This document shows positions 53,631 to 64,000 of a stretch of 64,000 nucleotides of DNA, piece after piece. The stretch's first letter is position 1; every line of letters starts with the position of its first letter. The DNA is taken from NCBI RefSeq assembly GCF_006345805.1, contig NC_043015.1:21824001-21888000 (forward strand). The letters run 5' to 3'. A program made the translations under genes and the position numbers. Below the pieces are notes generated by a model, which saw only the letters and a list, made by a program, of their open reading frames with translations, was not told the DNA's origin and made no database searches. The stretch comes from Octopus sinensis (Eukaryota).

Positions 53631-55442
53631 CTTTGTGTGTGTACTTGATGAGAAAACTAATGTAAAAGCAGGAAGAAATATTGAAGAGGAAAGGAGAGTT
53701 TGACGTCATGCACATATATCTTAGAATATTTCGTTAATTAACATTACCACTCTCCCAAATTAATGCATTTTCCCCCAATTCGCTAATACTAGTCTTTTAA
53801 ATTTTAGTTCAATCTCTATCTCTCTTCTTCACAGAAAGTCAGGTTGTTGCATTAGTGAAATTTAGCTGATATTTCTAGAAATAAATTTTGCCTGTGTGCT
53901 GAAGAATATTAATAAAATATCCGGTTTTTAGTTGCTTGTTTTGAAGTTTGTGAATACAAAGCAGAAGTAATATAGATTACAGGCAATTTACACATCCAGA
54001 AATACACATCACACGCACAAACGACTATGCATATGTATAAGTTTATATATAAACGTACATAGCGAAGCATGTATGTATGTGTGTTTAAATCTATCTATCT
54101 AAATATATATATACAGACATATATACATATGTATATGAGCATCTATATATATATATATATGCCTGTATGTCTGTATGTGTGTGTGTTTGTGAGTGTGTAT
54201 GTTGTGTACGTGTGTTTGTATCTGTGTGTGTGTGTGGGTGGGTGCGTGGTATGTGAGTATGTGCGCGTGCGTGTATGCATCGTGGTGTTTCTTAAGATTA
54301 AATCCGAAATCTATTCTGCTATTATAACTTCAACTCCATTAAGATGAAGACCGTATTGAATTAAGAAGTTAACATGAGACGTGACAAATTGTTTCATTAT
54401 CACGAGGGACAGGTGTACACAGTTAAGAAGTAATTTAAGCATCAATTCTACATTTTACGCTTGACGCTTTGCCCTCGCCTTTTATAGTATTTCAGCGAGT
54501 ATTTTTGAATTTCAATTATTGAAATTGAGGGGAAATCGTGGTGCACGCTTTATTTAATTGATTCTGTGCGAACTATTTCCCAGTTTGGCAGAATTATCTC
54601 AAGTAAATGAGATAACTTGCTATCATGGTATTGTAATTAATTTCGTGCTTATGGCCAACGACCTACATTAAACATTTTTGTATAAAAGAAAACGAAAGTT
54701 AGACACAAGTGTTACATTGCGGTATTAGGAATTTAAGGATGCTATGATGCACATTATCAAGTGTGCTGATATATGACGCTGAAATTAAAACCAAATCTAA
54801 AAGGAGAAAAATTTGAGAAATAGACGTGCTCTTTTACACTGAGGGATGTACGGTTGTATTTGAGATTCAAGGTTTTAGTTATAGGATACAACGCGATCGC
54901 TAATAAGGCGCTATGGTGAACATAATGGAATTTAGAAGTTTTCCAGAGATATGGGAATATGTGAGCCAATGCACGCATTTAACTGTGTGTTCACATGGAA
55001 ATCTTCGAACTCTTCTATGATGTGTGATTGCTTGTTTCGTAGATAAACATGTATTCGTTTCATGTGTACACATTATCTGTTAATGTCTCACATGTGCTGA
55101 GCTGACAATAATCATTAAAGATACTCAAATAAATAATAAATATATAAATGAAAAGTTTTTGGTCACGTGCTGAAAACTCTTTGAAGCAGTGGAATCAGCG
55201 CTACAATATTTTATAATAAACACAGAGAAAATGCAACTTCAATCTGCTGCTTTATATTATCATATTAGGAAGGAGCAGGTGGCTACAAAACTGCAAATCT
55301 TGCACGTTGTAATTTAATATCTCTTTAGGTATATCATGCAGCAAATGATCTCCCATTAATAGACGCATAAATAAATACATACATACATACATACATACAT
55401 CATCCATCCATCCATCCATACAGACATACATATATACATACA

Positions 55443-55508
<66 letters not shown>

Positions 55509-55524
55509 ATATATTATATATACG

Positions 55525-55573
<49 letters not shown>

Positions 55574-55699
55574 CGTATATATTTAGAACTTACTTGGAAA
55601 ATGATGCGTGGCGTTCGATCATAATAATATAAATAATATATAAATATATGCATATATGCATACATATATGTACATACATACATCTATGTATATATACAT

Positions 55700-56170
55700 A
55701 CATATATGAGTACAGGACGTCAAAAAAAACGTTGAACACAATGAGAAACTAAAATATAAAAACAAAAACATGGAAACGAACTCTTTTTAAAACAACGAAA
55801 AATCAGAGTACAAGACATACAACACAAGGAATAATCCCATTCTTCAGTTGTCCCTGAACGTCTACTCCGCGTTTAAACAGTCCTTCCCGCAAAGCAAATT
55901 AAATAAAATTTGGGTTTTTCGCGGAGGGTAAAAGTGGTAACAAGAACAGGACTGTAAGAACAAAACAAGATAGTAAAAACAATACAAATAAAAACAGAAA
56001 AAGACAGAACAAAGAGAATAACACAGTAAAACCAAACGATGAGGGCTGTTAAGCCAAGACGATGGAAAATTTATTCTGAACGTTTGAGTAGACAGTTTAT
56101 GAGAGAGACGGATTAAGCGGTCTGGTCTTGGTGAATATAGCAGTTGGAAAGTTGGCTTCCCTTTGATCAC
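55700..56170 (-). mobile_element. Possible 3' end of another Penelope-like or other repeat family
   Basis: Non-microsatellite block between simple repeats. The minus-strand ORF end (RLIRLSHKLSTQ...FPSSWLNS) loosely recalls GIY-YIG C-termini. Weak support. Confidence 0.3.
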
Positions 56171-56203
56171 GTGTCAGTGACAAGAGAGTATACACGGATA
56201 TAC

Positions 56204-56212
<9 letters not shown>

Positions 56213-56286
<74 letters not shown>

Positions 56287-56287
56287 A

Positions 56288-56338
<51 letters not shown>
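56213..56338. repeat. (TCTA)n microsatellite
   Basis: Read directly; a similar tract lies at ~48640-48730. Confidence 0.95.
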
Positions 56339-57218
56339 GGTTTCTCTGTTTTTCTGTCTCTCTGTCTATATATATGAATGTATCTATATATGTATATAAA
56401 AGACAGGATGTGTGTTTGCCTGTTTATTTGCCATATCGTTAAAACTCGATATCCACCCAACTGATTTTAATGCAATACATAGGGTACATACAGTGTAATG
56501 GGCTCAAAAACATCTCATATTCTTCCTTAATGCGAGCCCAGGGGCAGATAAACTGCATTTTAAAGCATGTTCGCAGGTTTGAGACCCGTCACATGAAGAG
56601 TGTTCAGTCGCTTTCCTACAAATTTGAAAGAAATATTAATCACACTCCTGGAATTGCTGTTGTCTAAAGGAATTTCCGACACCGAGTAAGGGACCCCAAA
56701 AAAGTGCAAATTAATCAAATTTGTGTATACTGCACTTTGTTTTTGGCCATTTTCTGCCGATAAAATATTGACACAACTTATACATTCTAAATGGCGTATA
56801 ATATTTCTCGAAAACATTTTTGTCCAATTTGGCCGAGGTAATAAGAAAATTAAAACTTTTTGTCGACAACCTGTCGATGCTTTATGTTAACATCACGCGC
56901 ACCATCGGGCCATGTCCGTGTGTGTGCGGTTGAGTAAAGGCACATCAAACCCATTCATCCATTCTCCAGAAGTGTCCTGTTGATGTTTCACATTTCCAAT
57001 CCTGCACAACCCAGCATGGCCCGGCGGCATGTCTGCTTTCTATGTCATCAATGTCTGATCTATATAATGCAAAATGTTCATAGAAAAAAAAAACCCGCTG
57101 CTGTTGTGACTCATATCTATGTGAGTTTGACTGCACGACCACTTCCGGAAGCTACGCTCGCCACCTGCAGTTAGTCCTGCTCCTTTGTTCCCTCCCCGTG
57201 TAGTCGGACAACTAAATA

Positions 57219-57693
57219 CAGGGTGTCCCAGAATTTATGATTTGACTGAAATCAGGTGCATTTTTTAAAAACTCTTATTTATGTTTATCATCTTTAATAG
57301 GTGTTAAAAGTGTATAAGTTTTGAATTCTGTTTATAATTTTATTTTCTCCCCTATTGGACCTCTGTTATTTCTCCATGACAACTTTTATTCCAATTTGGC
57401 AGCCATTATCTTCTTTACTGCCATCCCCAAGATGGAACAATCGTTTAGTTGATCTTAAAGAACATATTCAGTTGCAGTGCAGGAGCTAACTCGTCAAATG
57501 CTTCAAATTGTGTTTCACAACACTAAAGAGAGATTTGAGGTATGGAGGAATTCAGACATGATGAACATTTTCAATAAGTTTGACATAAGATTTATAAATC
57601 TATTTGTTTTGGTAATAAAGACAATTATGTCAGATTTTTTCTAAATTTGCTCAATTTCATTGAAACAGATGGTTAATTCTGGAACACCGTCTG
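57219..57693 (+). mobile_element. Tc1/mariner-superfamily deletion derivative (~475 bp)
   Basis: TA+CAGGGTGTCCCAGAATT left TIR and degenerate AATTCTGGAACACCGTCTG right TIR. Internal sequence resembles a transposase C-terminus (DLKEHI...QML..VFHNTKERFE). Confidence 0.65.
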
Positions 57694-57796
57694 TGGTGTA
57701 GCGTTGTTAGTTGTTTGGTTGCTCAAGTAAACATCCTATGTTTTTGTTAAGTATATTGTATCAAGGAGTATATTATTCAAAATGTATCTCTCCTTT

Positions 57797-57910
57797 GTAA
57801 GCGTGGCTGTGTGATTGAGAAGCTTGCTTTCCAACCATGTCGCCTTGGGTTCAGTCTCACTCTGTGCCACGTTGGGCAATTCTCTTTCATTACAGCTCTT
57901 ACCAAAACGT
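57797..57910 (+). mobile_element. Old head fragment of SINE family S1
   Basis: GCGTGGCTGTGTG..AGAAGCTTGCTTTCCAACCATG...GGGTTCAGTCTCACT...TTGGGCAA. Confidence 0.65.
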
Positions 57911-59330
57911 TGTGTATTATATAATTGCTATTAAAATATTGATATATAAAATAACACACGCAGCTCACTTATTATTGCCATATAATAAACAAACAGAAGT
58001 TCCTGTATGAAATTGATCGTTTTTCTACTTCAATCACTACATGTTTTTCTTTTCTTATAAAATACACACATACAGGTGGAGTAAATCTATCTATATATAA
58101 TAAGACTTTGTATGTGGCGCCTGAAAAAGAGTAAAAAGTAAAACCCGATCAACGACGAGTATTACTGCTACTGTATATATAAACCTGCATTATCTACAAT
58201 GCAATAAAAGCTGGACGTCTTTCACAATCGACTTCCAATATAATTACTCGTTTTACGAAGATAATTAATACCTCTAACTTGTACAACCTAGTTGTAAGCG
58301 TATACACATTTGGTTGCGATGTTAAACATATGCGATTTGAGCAGTGCTAGGGCAATTTGATGTCTATTCCTGACATCATTGTTGTATTTTAGTGCAAGAA
58401 TTTCATTTAGTGGATTTGGGTGCGTGTTAGAGAGAATGAACCTATTCATGTAATTTAGTGGCAAATTTAGTTAAGGAGTTTAACAAAGCATATTCAAAAT
58501 TGATGAAGGGGTGCACCAATGGAGAGAAATTTTGAATGGTCGAATGGGTGGAGTTGAAGCAGCTATAATTTTTCTAGTTCGTAAATTCTATAGATTATTT
58601 GTGGATAGAGATTGAAAGGAGGGACTGGAAAGGAAATGTTTGAAATACGACGATGGTCAATTGGCTTTGTTAGTATTGGTAAGAATTTGGTATGTATGAA
58701 TTTGCGTTAGTCTATAAAGAAGGCAGATATGACTGTATCAGTAATAAGGGCAAGCAAGTATCCACTACATATGGCTAAATAAACGCACGTATGTGTATGT
58801 ATGTATGGATGGATGGATGGATGTATGGCATGTATGTATGTATGTATGTATGTATGTATGTATGTATGTATGTATATATGTATATATATATACCTGTATG
58901 TATGTGTAGAGAGAAAGACAAGGTGACAGTGTCTGGCGAAGGGCATTGAATTGTAAATTAGGCGTCACAGTTACGTCCCCTTAAAAATTAATGCAAAAAT
59001 CTATTGAAATATTTTAAGAGCTACCTTAATTAAAGCTTGGCTGTTTTAAATATATATGTGTGTATATTGGTTGTGCGCATGTATGTCTCATTTTATGTGA
59101 AATATTCAGTTACTACCAATAGTAGGACACTGGTGTAAGCACTTTTATTGGTGTGCAACATAAATCTATGCGAATACATACATATATGAATTCATACATA
59201 TATGCATATACACATACATGCATGCACTCATACATATGCACACCCACCCACACACATGTATACGTAAATAATGTGTGTATATATATGCGGGTTTGTGTGT
59301 GTGTATGTGTATATATATATATATATATAA

Positions 59331-59666
59331 TCTTTTATTCTTTTACTTGTTTCAGTCATTTGACTGGAGCACTGCCTTAGTCGAACAAATCGACCCAAAG
59401 AATTATTTTTTGTTAGCCTACTACTTACTCTATCGAACCGCTAAGTTACGCTGACGTAAACAAACCACCATTGGTTATCAAGCGATGTTGGGGTGAAAAA
59501 AACACACACACATACATACGACGGGCTTCTTTCAGTTTCCGTCTACCAATTGGCCGGCCCGAGGCTAAAGTAGAAGATACTTGTCCAAGGTGCCACGAAG
59601 TGGGACTGAACTCGGAACCATATGGTTGGGAAGCAAGCTACTTACCACACAGCCACTCTTGCAGCC
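59331..59666 (-). mobile_element. SINE family S1 with a short internal microsatellite
   Basis: Collinear with 19332-19804 but with only ~20 bp of internal CA/CATA repeat and small deletions. Confidence 0.85.
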
Positions 59667-60421
59667 ATATGTATATATGTATGTATATATATGTTTCTAT
59701 ATATATATATAGTATATAAGAAGTTAGAGAGAGAGAGAGAATGAAAGAGAGGGAGGTCGTGAGAGGCAGTGGTGGAATGAACGTACGAGAGTATTTTATA
59801 CAATATTATTTGTTTATTTGATAGAAAACTCGAACCCGAGCAATTAGCTATTCACTGAAATATATGCAATTTAATATGCAAAATTTGTTAGTTCAATTTC
59901 TCTCTCTTTCATTTCAATTTCCTTTCGAGCACTTTCTCTCTCAGGCCACGTGCCTATTTTAATTTAGACACTTCGGAAATAGTCAGAGGCCGTCCTGTTT
60001 CCTTCTAAGTTTTATATTTGTATCTCCTTCTCTGCATTTCCTCTAATTTCATTGTGTAGCATACTCAAGGAAAATAATATGTCTGTAATTCTAAAATAGA
60101 TCTTATGGATAACTGCGGGTGTGGAATCAATAAATTCAATTTAGCTAAAGTCACAAACAATTACCAGTTTATATTATCACGGATCAAGATCAATACTTCA
60201 GGGTAAACAACGTGAAGTGGGTCGGGTGAGAGGGACGAATCGATGCAAAAGGGTGAGGAATGTGCGCTGGTACAACGGCATTAACAGCTAATCCTTATAT
60301 TCTGTTTAAGTTCTTGCTCACATGATGATATTGGTAACGATTCTCTGCAAATTAATGTTGATACTGATGGTATGATTATACATAAACACAAAAACACAGA
60401 CATGTATGTCTAAGTGTATGC

Positions 60422-60455
<34 letters not shown>

Positions 60456-60484
60456 GTGAGTGTGTGTGTATGTGCATTTGCTTG

Positions 60485-60541
<57 letters not shown>

Positions 60542-60986
60542 AATATATATGTATATATGCATATATGTGAGTATGTTTTATATAATATATATTGTATATT
60601 ATGTACATATTGTTGTATATATTATTTGTTTTTACACTTATTTGTATCTTAATCTATGTATATCTACATATATGCATGTGTGTGTATGATTATGTGTGGA
60701 TATAAATGTGATTGTATATGTTGGTAAAGATTTAGATGTTTCCAGAAAATTAGTGTTACGTCTATGAATACTCTAGCCGTACAACGCAAGCACTTTCAAA
60801 TATTACTTTCCTTAGCATTTTGTTTAATTCTATCTATCTATCCGTCTCCGTATAAACATATCATTTTGTGTGTATGTGTGCGTGTGCGTGTGTGTACGGA
60901 TGTGCATATATGCCTAAAATTATGCATATGCACATGGAACGTATAAAAAGTATATTTATATACAAATATTTATATGAAATTACATA

Positions 60987-61039
<53 letters not shown>

Positions 61040-62489
61040 CACATAAATATATATATATATATATGCATATATAAACATATACATTTGCGTCTATGTATAG
61101 TATCCATATACGTGTATATGTGCTCAGAGAGTAGGGAGATATTTGTAATCTAATTTTGCTTATCTATGTGTATGTATTTAGCTCATAGCAACGACGGCTA
61201 TTATCATTAAATATGTTGCAACATGGCGATTACCCGGTTTGTACATTGTGATATATTTTGGTAGGGAATGCACTTCACGCGTGAAACTCACATGAATGTC
61301 AACGTCTTCCTGGAAAAAAGGACGCTTGTGAGATTTTAACTTGTTGGGCATTGTAGATAACATCTGTGTTAATAAAATCAAGCCCTTCTAAAACAAGACG
61401 AAATTAAACAATGGATAATATATTTCTGGTTACACTTTTCATGCAACAGATATATTATGTTCGCGATTGCCTTGTTTTACTCGAGCATTTGCTTTAATAA
61501 AAATTACCTAGAAATATACAATAGCAATATTTTTACCTTTAACCTAGTTTAGTTCATTCACAAATCTCATTTTTCCTAAATTCATATTATTAAAATATCC
61601 TCCGATATTTATAGTAGATAAAAATATTTAGAATTGTTTAGGTTTACATTCAAAACTGCCGGGTATTTCGTCATGACTGTATACATTAATAATTTAGGAT
61701 TAAGAAATCAACAGATGTTTTTAAGAAGTACCAAGTGTGCAATGTTGTTCAGTCTCCAATCAGCAGGCAGGTTTTCTAATAATTTATTCATTAATGATGT
61801 AGTTTGGGAAACAAATTGGGTATCTCTCCTCTTTCTGCCTCCGAAGAGTTCTAGAAAAGAGGAAGCAGTCTGTACACTGCCGATCGATGTAGTATATTTG
61901 TGACAGGGTGAATCACTATATGTACCCAATGGAATGTTACTGGTGAGAAACGAAGCACCATATTACATTCATCAGCCCAGGGGAAAAGTAGAACATCCTC
62001 TCGAAATTCTGGTTGCAACCATAGAAAAATTACCTGAATATGGGCATGATAACACTGAATTTTAAATCAAGTAGTTGTGACAAGACTTCTTTAAATATTC
62101 TGGTTGGCTTCAGTTCACATCCTTCAAAGGCTTCCTCCATATATACAGAACACCCCTATCCACCTTACTGAATAAAGCGAAATTTTTAACTCTCAACATT
62201 GCAAATAAACTCGAAAAAGGCAATTCCATCAAATAGTCTCCTCGTCCGACATTTGTAAACAATCTACATCTGCAAAACGTCAGCCAGTAATTTCATTTCA
62301 ACAAATGTATTAGTTCTTGTGTCATTAATGATTACAAAGGACAGATAACCTGCTGTTCGCCCTAATAATTATAGCCTGACGGAGGAAAAGACCACATGAA
62401 CTGTATTTCTGGATCGAAATAATCCAACAAATATGGTCATATGACGGATGCAACTAGGCTGTCATTGGAGTAAAACATTATCATCAACA

Positions 62490-62667
62490 AGAACACCAAC
62501 CAACAACAAAAGCAGAAACAGAAACAACAGCGACGACGACGACGACAGAGACAACCACAAACCCGAAGATGAGAAAAACAAGATTTCTATCGATATATTC
62601 TTCTTCTTCTACTACTACTACTACTACATCTACTACTACTACTACTACTACAACTACTACTACTACT

Positions 62668-62757
<90 letters not shown>

Positions 62758-62760
62758 ATA
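62490..62760. repeat. Compound AAC/GAC/TTC/(CTA)n array
   Basis: Read directly from the sequence. Confidence 0.93.
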
Positions 62761-64000
62761 TCCACTGATTCGTCAACTTCGGATTATTGTTGGTTCAACC
62801 AAATATGTACGCCAGGAATATTGAGGTAATTATATGCAAATATAAACTTTACCATTTTGCGCATATATGTGATTGATATAATGTCACTTGGCAAACTTCA
62901 AACACAATTCACGTTAAGGAAAGTCAGTTTATTCCATCTCTAAGATGTTTCCCTCTTCTGACTTGTCATCTGTCAGCCAATCAGTGTTAATTACAATGTC
63001 ACAAACGTGATTGCATTAGAAACAAAATCTCAACGTCATCCTTAAAGTTTTTAATTTTGTAAAGGCAGCGATATCACGTAGAAGCATTCAAATGCAATAC
63101 TAAAGCCTTGAGTGTCTATTTGACATTTATTTGCCTCTGTATGTGCAAGCTTGTGCAAGGCTTCTGGTCATTCGAGGCTACGGCACAACTCTTCTGTTTG
63201 TTTCTGATGAGTAGGCTGTCGAATTCGGGTCAATAGAAGCAGGTAGCAATGTCGTCTCTCGCAAAAAGTTGGATAAAAGACCATAAGATATCTACTCTGA
63301 TGTCTAACAGTTTCTTGGTTTGATATTTATCCACTTCGGAAGGATGAAAAGCAAATTTGAGATCTACGTGATTTGATATAAGAGTCAGAACGAATCACGC
63401 GAACATTTTATCGAACACGCTATCAATTCAGCTCATTCGCCGTTTTAATAATATCCTCAGGTTTATGTCAATAACACATTTGGAAGAACTGTTTATCTAC
63501 TCGGCATAAGGAATAAAAATTGAACGAGAATTACAAGAAGATTTCCGAGTTTCTATTTCTCAATTCCTAATTTTAGGTTTATTTCAGCTTGGCATCATTG
63601 ATCCATAAACTTGAAATATAATATATGAGATTATACTAGTTTAAGAACTAAAGATGTTGATATGTGAAGAAATCAAAATAAGCAAAAACGCTTCTCTGAA
63701 ATTGTCGCACTACTTATGTGTACAATTTGCCTTCATAAATTATTTAGCGCAAACGTGGGAGTGTTGACGTGGTTATTCGACCCGTTAGTAATAACAGAAT
63801 AAAATTCTATCTCTCATCCCAGTTAAGCCAATATTATTTACGGAAGGAGACGTATCGGCTAATGTATGGCGAAAACTACTCCTAAAAATGTAGTGAACGT
63901 AGCTGCAATATATCTGCAGAGAGGTGCGTACGATTGATGCAGTTTTGATGTTAGATACCTTTCTTATTCAATAACCGCAACAGAAAGAACAAAGAAAAGC

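Noticed and set aside
53701-53708. Perfect CRE palindrome TGACGTCA
   Set aside because: About one such 8-mer is expected by chance in a window this size, and there is no promoter context.
55826-55880. Minus-strand CTGAAGA followed by a weak hairpin
   Set aside because: No GAAA follows the hairpin.
56380-58350. Helitron-like 5' starts (TCTATATATA...) at ~56365 and ~58085
   Set aside because: No 3' hairpin plus CTRR end was found, and the motif is indistinguishable from microsatellite edges.
61292-61387. Possible 96-nt minus-strand exon (TTTTAG acceptor, GTGAGT donor, KGLILLTQMLSTMPNK...EDVDIH)
   Set aside because: No recognisable protein similarity and no partner exons. Such signals arise by chance in 64 kb, so RNA-seq would be needed.
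61630-62440. Relatively complex non-repetitive block, possibly a decayed coding sequence
   Set aside because: All frames are interrupted and I recognised no motif. A translated search (tBLASTx/HMMER) would be needed.
63230-63260. CTGATGAG...CGAAT
   Set aside because: Stem II does not pair and GAAA is absent.

Overview
AT-rich, microsatellite-saturated animal genomic DNA made mostly of transposable-element debris and unassigned non-coding sequence. The SINE, microsatellite and LINE mix looks like an octopus (coleoid cephalopod) genome; that taxon call is inference from repeat content. I found no host protein-coding gene, rRNA, true tRNA gene or CRISPR array, and most listed ORFs are translations of microsatellites. 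Main structures: (1) 0.1-8.7 kb is a head-to-tail array of five same-strand retroelements separated by (TAA)n tracts. Three are different R4/Dong-like LINEs (RT + CCHC knuckle + restriction-like endonuclease) and two are copies of a ~510-bp non-coding element. (2) A decayed Penelope-like element (RT + GIY-YIG) lies at ~9.9-11.5 kb. (3) A complete minimal type I hammerhead ribozyme fold (U4C core variant) lies at 13556-13599 on the minus strand, and a second dispersed repeat family has a reconstructable hammerhead-like consensus. (4) A 5'-truncated CR1-type LINE has a 3' tail shared by one SINE family. (5) There are five Tc1/mariner remnants, MITE-like hairpins, an interleaved A-B-A'-B' inverted repeat and several tRNA-derived SINEs. 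Boundaries were read by eye and, except where TIRs or TSDs are quoted, are approximate.
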